Shown here piece after piece: positions 40,074-49,647 of a DNA stretch of 63,405 bases. Each line of letters opens with the position of its first letter. The stretch's first letter is position 1. Under the pieces are notes generated by a model, which saw nothing but the letters and a program-made list of their open reading frames with translations, ran no database searches and was not told where the DNA came from. The DNA lies in sequence record SRR22947725_3552; one strand, written 5' to 3'. The translations under genes and the position numbers were made by a program.

Positions 40074-43000
40074 CTACCTCGTCTGCAAATAACCGATCAA
40101 ATCAGCAAGATCTTGATCGCTCATAGCCTCACCCCACCCCTCTGGCATGAGTGATTGTGAGGATGCTTTGATTGATCGGACCTGAGCCTTGTCAATGAAC
40201 CTCTTTTCACCTGATGTCATGGTCACATGCAAATCGCTGGGTGTTTCATGAGTGATCAAAACCGTCCACTCGACTCCGTCGTTGAGCAACAACTCATGGG
40301 CAATATAAGTTTGTTCAATCGCCTCATTAGGATTCAAAATAGCCGTTAAAAGCGCCAGACCTGAACGATCATTCAAGGAATCTAAATCGGGCCCAACATC
40401 TGCACCCACCGCTTTAAATCGATGACATAACTGGCAATTTTGCTCAAATAATTGGCGACCTCTTGAAGCATCTCGAGTGAGTCTGGCCAAGTTCCCGAAA
40501 CGTTTGGAAATGGATTCTGTTTTCGTCCTGGATAGCCCAAGTCTGGTTCTTCTGTGTTCAATCGCCTCAATAGCCAGAGAGTGAAGTTCCGGGTCAGGTA
40601 GTCTTTTCAGACTAAGTTCCATTTGCTGAGTCATGCTGGTATCGTCAAATTTTTGTTGCGTCTTTTCAAAAACGCCGGTCTTCAGAGATGTCAGAAACAT
40701 CCGTGCTGTCTCGCGGTTTTTCAATGCCATGGACAACAATACGCGACGCTCTTCAAGTGCAGATTGGTTCCACACCTTACCATACCATGTAAAGTTATTC
40801 TTGAACGGCTCCATATCAGAAGCCATGACTTTGAGTATCTCATGCCGTGTTTCATGTGGAATTTCATTTTCAAATGAAAACATATATTCCATCCAGGGAG
40901 CCCAGTCTCGGACACCTCGCGTTGTCCACAAAAACTGAAATGCATGGAAAGGCTCCGAAGCATTCAAATCTCCAAGTCCGGCCAACATACTCATCGCCAA
41001 TCCTTGCATGGCATTCTGAATGTCTGGAGTTGAATCAAACAAATTCAAGTTGCCTCTGTTCTTCAGAAAATGAGAAGCCAAGGAAAGTGCCCGTGTGCCA
41101 TTTATAAGATCAAGTTCATTCATCTTGTGCTCTTTCTGAAACAATGCGATTTCATGAGGAGATAAGAGCTGTATTCCTCCTTCATTAGGTGCGATTTTCT
41201 GCCAGAACCCAACGTTCACGCTTGATTTGATCCATTGCATGACCTTCGACTCCATCCATTCAGGGTGCATATTTACCCCAGCTTTGACCAAAGGCTGTAA
41301 CATCCTGTTTTGCTGGCATTCAGAGCAGGAAATCACGTGACTTAACATGGGGCGAAGATACTGAGAAGCGGCAATCAGGAGCGCTTGCCGCATGGTTGAA
41401 TGATGAGCATGCTCGTGCATGAAAGAAGTGATGCTTTCAATCTTCCAATTTTCATATGCAGAACTGATGGAAAGCATGGCCTGAAACCTGACCGCTGGGG
41501 ATGGATCACGCAGTAGTTCCAGCACTGATTCTGCAGATTGCGCACGACGATTTACGTTGGATTTCGAGTGTAATTCATTTAATGCCACTGCATTTCGGCG
41601 CACTTCAGGGTGATCATCCCTGAAACTGGCTTCCAGAACCTCATCACCCATGTGCCCCAGCAATTCCAGTAACCACAAAACATGAACGCGTGCTTTGGCA
41701 TTGTTTGTTTCCTCTAACAATGCTTTGAGGTCTGGAACTATGTCGCTCGTATCAGATTCAATGATGAGACGCTGAGTGGTATCCCTCACCCAACTATTTT
41801 CATGATTGAGGTAATAAACGAGATCGGATGGCTTTAGATCCGCTAATTTGGGGATTTTATTGGGGATTTTGTTTTTTTTCGCAATAGCGTAAATGCGCCC
41901 TCGATTGCTACCTGCTCGTGTATTCAGATATTGTTCGACGTCATCTGGTATCCATTCGGTATGCTCAATAACCAATCGATACATGTCAGCAATGAACAAA
42001 CTACCGTCTGGACCAGTCTTTGTCATCGTGGGACGAAACCAGGGATCGCGACTCGCAAGGAACTCACGTGCTTGCTCATGGTCAGGGCGCTCAGCGGAGA
42101 AAGTAACTCCATCACGCTTCAAGAGAAAATGGCGCACCAAATTGTGAACGGGTTCACTGACAAAAACATGTTGCAGGTCATCATCAAAGAGCACGTTGTC
42201 ACGATAGATAGTAGGGCTGCAAGCCGATGTAACATGACCTCGCATACCGACGTCATTAAATCTTTGCAGACTGGGAGCAATTTGGTCGATTTTTTTGGAA
42301 GCAAGATCGGCTGCCAATTGTATTTTATTCGACCCTAGATCAGGAATAACGGCCCGCTTTGAGTAACTGTCAGGCAAATAATAATGCCACAACCAGTTTG
42401 GATTATTATTACCAAACCAATTCCCCCAATCATCGCGTGTTCGACCAAATTGCGTTTGACCTTCTATGCCCTCAAACTGCCCTGTTCCAGGATGAAATCG
42501 GAAATCTTTATACCTCAAATTAACAGTTTGATTTGACCATAAGGAGCTTATTTCACCACCACTGTCGCCATTCGCACCATAAAGCCAGTGATCGAGCCCA
42601 TAGGTGAATCCATTCACGCGGTGTTGCTGATTACCCTCCCCAAACCCGGAAAACATATTTCTCCGAAAGTCAGCTTGACCATCATCATCCAAATCAGCCG
42701 CAAAAAACACATGCGGTGCCGCGCTCACCCACAAACCGTTCTCCCATGGATACAGTCCTGAAGGAAACGGTATCCCATCCAGAAAAACAGAGGCCTCGTC
42801 ATAGACCCCATCCCCATCCACATCTTTTAATCTTTTAATTCTTCCTCCGGGCTTGCCATTGGCATCAATACCCAGCGGATAATCACGCATTTCAGCTACC
42901 CAAAGGAATCCATCAGCTGACCATTCAAAAGCAACTGGATCTTCTATCAAAGGCTCCGAGGCCACGCATCTGATCTCGAATGCATCGTCCAATTCGAACG

Positions 43001-44909
43001 CGGACAGAGCTTCATCCACATCTTTGGGTTGAGGGCGATTTCCCAGCAGAATTGCCTCAAAAGACTTACGCTGAACCAAATCAGGCAAATGCGCCGTATC
43101 TTCATTTTGAACCCAAACATGCCCATCGGCAAACCAGGCACCATTATCGCGATGAGGACCTGATCGGATAAAAGCCGGTATCGCGTCTTCATCGCCTCGC
43201 TGACCTTCCATGACCAGTCGGGTCCAACCTCTTTGAAAGCCAAGAACTAACTCAGGAATAAAAATGTAGGCTGCGTAATCTTGCTCATCTGATTTGAGTA
43301 AATCCGCATGACCATCACCATTGATATCAACCAAACGAACACCCGCATCCCGCCCTTCGTCATCTATCAAGTGCAGGTCTTCGGGCCAGGAATAATTCAA
43401 TTCCTCCCAAGTTTGACGACTCTGATTCCATTTTAAAACCCCATGTTGATCAGGGTAAGCGACAATTAATTCATCGATACTATCTCCATCCACATCGTGA
43501 ACGATTACTCCATCTCCACTCCCCTTGAGGACTGTTTGAACCGGTTTCCCTTCGCAGCGAAGTTCTGAAATCAAACTTCCCTTTTCTTCAAACCCATTTT
43601 CAGAGCGCACCCATGCCCCTTCGGAATTTTCAGTTCGATGTAAAAAAGCAACAGGTCCGTTAGCCCAGAATACTCCGTGTTTCAGTCCCGTTGTTTGACC
43701 CGATTTGGTGACAACATTCAGTGATGACTCTACCGTTCGATATTCCTTTTTGGATGGTTGCCAGATGCGCATGGCCTGCTCATTTTCATGCCCCAGAAGC
43801 ACGTCTAGATATCCATCACCATTGGCATCCAGTAATCGGATACCAGCATCATTTCCTCCTGCATTCCGAAGTGATTGTCCATCCAGTAAATTATCTTTCA
43901 AACGATCAGATGCTTCATTGAACGTCAGGAATTTGATACGTCCCCCATACGTCTCAGTAGCGTAGTCAATAAACGCATTCACCTGATCATTCCGAATCCA
44001 TCCGTGAGGGTGGAAGATCCATGTAAATACACCCTGCTTGATCACAGCAATGTCGAGTGCACGCTTCCAGTCCTCCACCGTAATCTCATTATTCACACCA
44101 TGCAGGTTTTGAGCTTCCCAATCACTCGGCGCCAAGGCCGGAAATTCCCAGCAGACATTATTGATAATATAAGGGTATGGGTAATTTTTGATGGTCGTGG
44201 TGAAGGAGGGAAAAGGCACATATTTGGTAAACCGTTCCTTGCCTGCTGCATCCAAAACAAGCTCACGGGGCAACTCCTTGTCATCACTTGTAAAAAGACA
44301 CATCACACTGGAATCGATTTCCATGAAATTCCCTTGTGCAGAGGTTTGAGGAAATATTTCGCTGTAAAATCTCGGGCTAGGAGAATTAATGGAATCACAG
44401 CATGGCATCCTGTAAGCCACCGCACGATTACCGGGAATGGTATTCAGCAAGTCGATGCCACCCATGACAGTGTTGACCGCACTTTGAAAATTCCCCTTGG
44501 CAAGCAGAGGGCATGGGTGAGACAGGGTATGCACTTCCAAAGACAAACCTTCATTCAACCAAGTTTGAAATTGCAGATGATCAGGCTGAAGCGCATTACA
44601 GTAGATACTGACAGGTGCACGACCATCGATCTGTTTCAGCCGTTCAAGGATAGGCCGAAGATAGAACTCGAATTTTTCGGGCGTTCTCAAGTCGTCAATA
44701 GCCAGAATGATCACGGCTTCGACTCCCTCTTCCCCAATCCACTGAGGAGTAGTCAACTTCGGGAACGATTGATTTACATAAAAAGGATTGTTTGGACTGA
44801 GATCCGTTGCTGACTGTAATGACACACACTCAGCAAAAAGAAGGATCAAAACAAACCATTGAAGCACTAAACTGCCTTGAGTTCGCTTTGAACTTTTGTG
44901 GGATGACAT
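40074..44909 (-). CDS. PVC-type heme-binding membrane dehydrogenase fused to N-terminal polysaccharide-deacetylase and FG-GAP domains
   Basis: LAIDD...EVHTLSHPC (NodB-like); DxNGDG repeats; ASEPLIEDPVAF, GPDGSLFIADMYR; HEAT repeats; CQLCH...GPDL...SLMPEG; start ATG 44909. Confidence 0.85.
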   Translation of the reverse strand: MSSHKSSKRTQGSLVLQWFVLILLFAECVSLQSATDLSPNNPFYVNQSFPKLTTPQWIGEEGVEAVIILAIDDLRTPEKFEFYLRPILERLKQIDGRAPVSIYCNALQPDHLQFQTWLNEGLSLEVHTLSHPCPLLAKGNFQSAVNTVMGGIDLLNTIPGNRAVAYRMPCCDSINSPSPRFYSEIFPQTSAQGNFMEIDSSVMCLFTSDDKELPRELVLDAAGKERFTKYVPFPSFTTTIKNYPYPYIINNVCWEFPALAPSDWEAQNLHGVNNEITVEDWKRALDIAVIKQGVFTWIFHPHGWIRNDQVNAFIDYATETYGGRIKFLTFNEASDRLKDNLLDGQSLRNAGGNDAGIRLLDANGDGYLDVLLGHENEQAMRIWQPSKKEYRTVESSLNVVTKSGQTTGLKHGVFWANGPVAFLHRTENSEGAWVRSENGFEEKGSLISELRCEGKPVQTVLKGSGDGVIVHDVDGDSIDELIVAYPDQHGVLKWNQSRQTWEELNYSWPEDLHLIDDEGRDAGVRLVDINGDGHADLLKSDEQDYAAYIFIPELVLGFQRGWTRLVMEGQRGDEDAIPAFIRSGPHRDNGAWFADGHVWVQNEDTAHLPDLVQRKSFEAILLGNRPQPKDVDEALSAFELDDAFEIRCVASEPLIEDPVAFEWSADGFLWVAEMRDYPLGIDANGKPGGRIKRLKDVDGDGVYDEASVFLDGIPFPSGLYPWENGLWVSAAPHVFFAADLDDDGQADFRRNMFSGFGEGNQQHRVNGFTYGLDHWLYGANGDSGGEISSLWSNQTVNLRYKDFRFHPGTGQFEGIEGQTQFGRTRDDWGNWFGNNNPNWLWHYYLPDSYSKRAVIPDLGSNKIQLAADLASKKIDQIAPSLQRFNDVGMRGHVTSACSPTIYRDNVLFDDDLQHVFVSEPVHNLVRHFLLKRDGVTFSAERPDHEQAREFLASRDPWFRPTMTKTGPDGSLFIADMYRLVIEHTEWIPDDVEQYLNTRAGSNRGRIYAIAKKNKIPNKIPKLADLKPSDLVYYLNHENSWVRDTTQRLIIESDTSDIVPDLKALLEETNNAKARVHVLWLLELLGHMGDEVLEASFRDDHPEVRRNAVALNELHSKSNVNRRAQSAESVLELLRDPSPAVRFQAMLSISSAYENWKIESITSFMHEHAHHSTMRQALLIAASQYLRPMLSHVISCSECQQNRMLQPLVKAGVNMHPEWMESKVMQWIKSSVNVGFWQKIAPNEGGIQLLSPHEIALFQKEHKMNELDLINGTRALSLASHFLKNRGNLNLFDSTPDIQNAMQGLAMSMLAGLGDLNASEPFHAFQFLWTTRGVRDWAPWMEYMFSFENEIPHETRHEILKVMASDMEPFKNNFTWYGKVWNQSALEERRVLLSMALKNRETARMFLTSLKTGVFEKTQQKFDDTSMTQQMELSLKRLPDPELHSLAIEAIEHRRTRLGLSRTKTESISKRFGNLARLTRDASRGRQLFEQNCQLCHRFKAVGADVGPDLDSLNDRSGLALLTAILNPNEAIEQTYIAHELLLNDGVEWTVLITHETPSDLHVTMTSGEKRFIDKAQVRSIKASSQSLMPEGWGEAMSDQDLADLIGYLQTR

Positions 44910-44975
44910 GGTGTCATTTAAAATCGGAATTGGCAGATTCAACAAGGAGATTTTGAAATCAATCCACTATAAATA

Positions 44976-46349
44976 TCAGCGAGCAAACACCTCATGCAAA
45001 CTTTCCTGAAGAATGTCCAAAGCAGCATTCATTTCAGCTTCATTGATCGTCAGAGGAGGCGTCAACGTGAGGATGTTGCCCATCGTTATCTTGAAGTTCA
45101 GTCCTTTTGTCAAAGCCGCATACATAACCCCTTCGGCTTCTTCAATGGCTCGTTCTGCTGTTACCGGATCTTTGAGCAGTTCCATTCCCATCAGGAGACC
45201 TTTTCCACGTACATCGCCAATCATGGGGAATGTATCCGCCATTCGTTTCATCCGTTCTACCGCATGATTCCCCATCTTGACGGCATTATCGAGTAAATGG
45301 TCCGATTCAATTACTTCAATGGCTGCCAATGCGGCGGCACAGGCGACTGGATTTTTTTCGTGGGTGTAATGACCAAGAGCCTTGTCTGGCATGGCATCGT
45401 TCAAACCCTCTCTGGCTATCAAGGCTGCCAGAGGGAAGATTCCTCCACCCAGTCCTTTTCCAATCACCACCATGTCGGGCACGATTCCATAATGTTCAAA
45501 CGTGAACATCTTTCCCGTGCGCCCGAGACAATGAGGGATTTCATCCAGAATGAGAAGGGCTCCATGCCTGTCACAGGCTTTGCGTATGCGTTGCCAATAA
45601 TCGGCTGGAGGAATAAACGGTGTCGATCTCACTGTTTCGGCAACCACCGCCGCCACATCGCCCTCTTTCTCGAGGACGTATTCGACGTAATCAGCACAGG
45701 AAAGGTTGCATGATTGACCACATTTGAAAGGACAATGCTTATTGTCGGGAGGGGGAACATGTTCACATCCCGACAAGAGTGGTCCCACTCCGTTTCTGAA
45801 AACCGATTCACCCCCGATGGAAATGGCGTCCAATGAAGCACCATGGAATGAATCCCACATGGAGATGGTTTTATGACGTCCCGTGGCGACTCTCGCAAGC
45901 TTCAATGCCATCCCAATCGCAGACGTTCCACCAGGCGCAAAAAGTACTCGATTTAAATCACCAGATGCGAGCGAAACCAGTTTCTGGGCAAGCCGTATGG
46001 ATACGTCATTTGTGTAACGCCGAGTGCAGAAAGGCATCTCCAGCATCTGCTTGTTGACCGCTTCAACAACCTTGGGGTGACCGAACCCCACTTGATGCAC
46101 ATTATTACCATGAAAATCTATGATCCGGTTTCCTTGAATATCTTCCAGATAAACTCCTTCACACCCCTTGAGCACATTGAGGCAGGGTGTAGACAAGGAT
46201 TGATGCAAAAACACGGAGGCATCTTCCTCTAATTTCTCTCGCGTAGCATCATCCAGTGTTTCTTTCGCCCAGGCCTGCCGGGCCGGAGACAAGTTGATAT
46301 CACCTTCAGATCGCAGATGGTCCAGAGAATCGGAGGATTGTTTTTTCAT
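44976..46349 (-). CDS. pbfA: (R)-1-hydroxy-2-aminoethylphosphonate ammonia-lyase (class III aminotransferase fold)
   Basis: RSEGDIN...FLHQSLSTPCL, DFHGNNVHQVG, SFHGASLDAISIGGE, LGHYTHEKNP are the PbfA signature; phnW is adjacent. Confidence 0.88.
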   Translation of the reverse strand: MKKQSSDSLDHLRSEGDINLSPARQAWAKETLDDATREKLEEDASVFLHQSLSTPCLNVLKGCEGVYLEDIQGNRIIDFHGNNVHQVGFGHPKVVEAVNKQMLEMPFCTRRYTNDVSIRLAQKLVSLASGDLNRVLFAPGGTSAIGMALKLARVATGRHKTISMWDSFHGASLDAISIGGESVFRNGVGPLLSGCEHVPPPDNKHCPFKCGQSCNLSCADYVEYVLEKEGDVAAVVAETVRSTPFIPPADYWQRIRKACDRHGALLILDEIPHCLGRTGKMFTFEHYGIVPDMVVIGKGLGGGIFPLAALIAREGLNDAMPDKALGHYTHEKNPVACAAALAAIEVIESDHLLDNAVKMGNHAVERMKRMADTFPMIGDVRGKGLLMGMELLKDPVTAERAIEEAEGVMYAALTKGLNFKITMGNILTLTPPLTINEAEMNAALDILQESLHEVFAR

Positions 46350-46363
46350 GTGGACTTGATGGC

Positions 46364-47230
46364 TCAGGGATTCTTCTGCAGATCAGATAAAATCTGCTGC
46401 AGCTGCTTCAATTTGTCAGTGTTGATAAAATCCAGTTTAGCTTCGTAAACCGTTTTCCAAAAGTTAACCGTTTCGGGAGTTGCCCAGAAACGAACTTTAC
46501 GCCCCTGAGTATGCGCCTTATCGATCCATTGGTTTAATTTAAATTTTTCAGTAGAAGTGAATTCGCCTCTTCCGTTCCAATTAAAATGACTACGCCAACT
46601 TTCACTTATCCACGGAATGAGAGAAACTGGGTGTTCATTCTTGTCAAGGTCACTGAGCCTCCCGTCAATAAACGCGTATCTCAATTTTTCTCTGGCCAAT
46701 GTCTCAGTCGGTCTATTCCCAGATATGATAACCGTCACTGATCGGTGCTGCATGCCTTTACTACCATATTCTGTTAACATTTCACGATAATCACTGAGGA
46801 GGTCCCTCAGGACAGCGTAGGTTGATTCTGCTTCCGATTTAAAATCTATCATCAGGTAGAAGGCAGGACCCTCTGGATATATTGAACCTGAATTCATCTT
46901 ATGCCTCTTGAGCAATGGCTCCAAGTAAAGGTCTTTGAGGGTGTTTTCGGGCTTTACATCTACTCGATCATGCGCAACCAGAAGTTGAGTTCCCACGACG
47001 AACACATCCGCTTCCACACTACAAAAGCCAGCATCCAGTGCATCAAGCAAGGGTCTGGGATGGTGATAGTCGTTGTGCGCATGAGCATTAGGCAACGGAG
47101 TTACCTCAGCCTCCAGGCATGCCGATTGAAGTGTAAAAGCAAGCCCTACACACAAAGCGCGGAAGACAAACAAACAAACGTGAATCATCATATATTCTGG
47201 TAACTGGTTTTTAGGGCAGGACGCGAACAT
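46364..47230 (-). CDS. Secreted PI-PLC/GDPD-like phosphodiesterase (Aim6-like)
   Basis: AHAHNDY, SVEADV, LLVAHD, LMIDFK, RFWATP, INTD; signal-like N-terminus. Confidence 0.82.
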   Translation of the reverse strand: MFASCPKNQLPEYMMIHVCLFVFRALCVGLAFTLQSACLEAEVTPLPNAHAHNDYHHPRPLLDALDAGFCSVEADVFVVGTQLLVAHDRVDVKPENTLKDLYLEPLLKRHKMNSGSIYPEGPAFYLMIDFKSEAESTYAVLRDLLSDYREMLTEYGSKGMQHRSVTVIISGNRPTETLAREKLRYAFIDGRLSDLDKNEHPVSLIPWISESWRSHFNWNGRGEFTSTEKFKLNQWIDKAHTQGRKVRFWATPETVNFWKTVYEAKLDFINTDKLKQLQQILSDLQKNP

Positions 47231-47237
47231 AAAAGCG

Positions 47238-48368
47238 CTATTTCATGGATACGTTCATGTCTTCCAGGGCGCCTTTGATAGAGGCCACGAGTGCCAACAC
47301 ATCAGATTCAAAGATACGGCCAATGGACCCAATACGAAAGAGGTCTACTTGACTTATTTTTCCTGGATAAATAATCATGCCTCGGTCACTCAATTTTCGA
47401 TAGAAAACATCAAAGGTGAATTTCGAATCTTCGGGAAAATGAAAGCTGGTGATCAGATAACTTTGTAGTTTGGCATCCAGATAGGATTTAAAACCTAAAG
47501 ATGCCATACCACTCATAAGGACTTCATGGTTTCGCTTGTAGCGGGCGGCCCGACCCTCAACACCGCCTTCGGTATCAAGCTCATTCAAAGCTTGCTCGAA
47601 TGCCAGTAAAGAATGCGTTGGAGGGGAATATCTGAATTGACCATTTTTTTCAAATCCACGTAATTGCGCAGCAAGATCAAGGCTCAGAGAACGGGTTGTG
47701 GATTCATTGGCAAACAAGGGGTCACGCTTGGCAATGACAAAGGAAAAACCTGGCACCCCTTCGATACATTTGTTGGCGGATGAAACGAGGAAATCGATGC
47801 AGGCATCCTCGAAATCAATCGGCATGCCTCCCAGACTGCTCATGGCATCCACGATGTAATGACGCTGAGCCGCTTTCACCGTTTTACCAATAGATGCTAT
47901 GGGATTCACGATCCCTGTCGTGGTTTCACAATGCACAACAGCGACATGCGTGATGTCGGTATCCTTCTCCAGGAGTGAGGCCACGTATGCTGGATCGGGA
48001 GGTTCATTTTCACCCGTTCGATAAACGGTATTCTCAATGCGAAGACACTTCAACATCGCAACCATTCGTTCACCATAAGCCCCATTGGATAACACCAGGA
48101 CTTTACCCCCCTCAGGCACGGAAGTGGAGAAAACCGATTCGACACCAAAAGTGCCGCTTCCCTGCAGCAAGATACATTCATAACCCTTCTCCTGTGTCAC
48201 ACCGGCCAGTTTCAAAATGCGTTGGCGAATCTCTTTGACCTTGGCATTGAATTCGAAATGCCAGGATCCAGCATCTCGCAGCATTGCCTGTTTGACAGTC
48301 AGGCTTGTAGTCAAAGGCCCGGGTGTGAAAAGCACTTTATCCCTGGCAGTCGGTAAAGAATTGTTCAT
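47238..48368 (-). CDS. phnW: 2-aminoethylphosphonate--pyruvate transaminase
   Basis: LFTPGPLTTS, QGSGTFGVE, VHCETTTG, VDAMSS, SSANKCIEGVPG, FRYSPPTH, IYPGK. Confidence 0.95.
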   Translation of the reverse strand: MNNSLPTARDKVLFTPGPLTTSLTVKQAMLRDAGSWHFEFNAKVKEIRQRILKLAGVTQEKGYECILLQGSGTFGVESVFSTSVPEGGKVLVLSNGAYGERMVAMLKCLRIENTVYRTGENEPPDPAYVASLLEKDTDITHVAVVHCETTTGIVNPIASIGKTVKAAQRHYIVDAMSSLGGMPIDFEDACIDFLVSSANKCIEGVPGFSFVIAKRDPLFANESTTRSLSLDLAAQLRGFEKNGQFRYSPPTHSLLAFEQALNELDTEGGVEGRAARYKRNHEVLMSGMASLGFKSYLDAKLQSYLITSFHFPEDSKFTFDVFYRKLSDRGMIIYPGKISQVDLFRIGSIGRIFESDVLALVASIKGALEDMNVSMK

Positions 48369-48485
48369 GAATAAACGGTTATTCTAGAATTGATTGCGAT
48401 TATAATGCTCCATGATGAAGCTGTTCAGAGATTCGATATCACAACGAGGTTGAGATATCAACACCAATGAAGACTTCGGGTTCTC

Positions 48486-49634
48486 TTGACAACCTTCCAC
48501 TCTCCCTCTACATCTGCGGGTGTGAACCCATTTTATTCCAACGCAAGATCTGTCTTTGCCTGCGTAACATTTTGTTTCTGTATAGTGACACATTCATTAT
48601 CGGGCCAAACAGAATTAAAAATGGCCGTTCAATTATACGATGTACGCCCCATTGGTGAGATATTGCAGGCCATTTTGTTACCCGCATTTAAAAATTTCCT
48701 TGCTGAAGGAGAAGCAGTTCCGGGTCTTTCTTTATCGGGACCTGAGGGGCAAACCTACATCATAGAAACGACATCTGAACTTGGCAAATCAGCTCGATGG
48801 TCGAAACTCTCCGAAATACAATTTACCGGCCACTCAAGTTTCACGTTGGATTTTGAAGGTGCAGGTAATTCAGTCAGATTTTATCGCGCCAGAAAGGTAA
48901 TCGAGGCTCCTGATTTAAGAAGGTTTTCATGGATTCCTCCCGGAACTTTTACAATGGGAAGTCCTCTCAATGAGCAAAACCGAGACACCGATGAAAACCC
49001 GTTAACCATTGTTACCCTCACAAGAGGGTTCTGGATGGGAAGATATGAAGTTACTCAAGGCGAATACCTTGAATTATTTGAAGAAAACCCATCCCGCTTC
49101 AAGCTGGGACTCGATTATCCCGTTGAAAACACCAGCTGGGATATGGCGATGCTTTATTGCGAGCGTTTGACCCAGCGTGAAGCAGAGGCTGGACGATTAC
49201 CTGAGGGCTTTATTTACCGGCTTCCCACCGAGGCCGAATGGGAGTATGCGTGCCGCGCGGGCACGACCGCTCGCTATTCCTTCGGGAATGATTCTGATTT
49301 TAAACTTATTGACGACTACGCCTGGCATTTGGACAACTCGGAAGGCAGAACACATCCAGTGGATGAAAAACTCCCCAACCCATGGGGATTGCATGGATTG
49401 CATGGTAGTGTTTACGAATGGTGTTTAGGCTGGCACGTTTTTTATCCCGGCGGGCGCGTCACGAACTATGTCAGCGGCCTCGGAAAGGATCACGTTTTGC
49501 GAGGCGGCGCATGGAGTGATCGCCCAAAAAATGGACGAGCTGCTGAAAGGCACTGGTTTGGCATCAATCTGGAATATGGAAACGTAGGCTTTCGTGTTGT
49601 CTTGGCGCAACCTTACCCTTTGTTGAATCAATGA
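48486..49634 (+). CDS. FGE-sulfatase/SUMF1 domain protein, probably non-catalytic
   Basis: GTFTMGS, EVTQ, RLPTEAEWEYACRAG, RGGAW, GFRVV; lacks the catalytic Cys pair; start uncertain. Confidence 0.85.
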   Translation: MTTFHSPSTSAGVNPFYSNARSVFACVTFCFCIVTHSLSGQTELKMAVQLYDVRPIGEILQAILLPAFKNFLAEGEAVPGLSLSGPEGQTYIIETTSELGKSARWSKLSEIQFTGHSSFTLDFEGAGNSVRFYRARKVIEAPDLRRFSWIPPGTFTMGSPLNEQNRDTDENPLTIVTLTRGFWMGRYEVTQGEYLELFEENPSRFKLGLDYPVENTSWDMAMLYCERLTQREAEAGRLPEGFIYRLPTEAEWEYACRAGTTARYSFGNDSDFKLIDDYAWHLDNSEGRTHPVDEKLPNPWGLHGLHGSVYEWCLGWHVFYPGGRVTNYVSGLGKDHVLRGGAWSDRPKNGRAAERHWFGINLEYGNVGFRVVLAQPYPLLNQ

Positions 49635-49647
49635 TTGACCCGCTTGC

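Noticed and set aside
44004-44813. Long antisense ORFs (also 56309-57100, 15173-15763, 19928-20485, 29932-30447)
   Set aside because: Shadow frames opposite well-supported genes with no recognisable motifs
48486-49634. True formylglycine-generating enzyme for the nearby sulfatases, a SenA/EgtB homologue, or a DGR target
   Set aside because: No catalytic Cys pair after RGG, no DinB-like domain, and no template repeat or reverse transcriptase seen in the window
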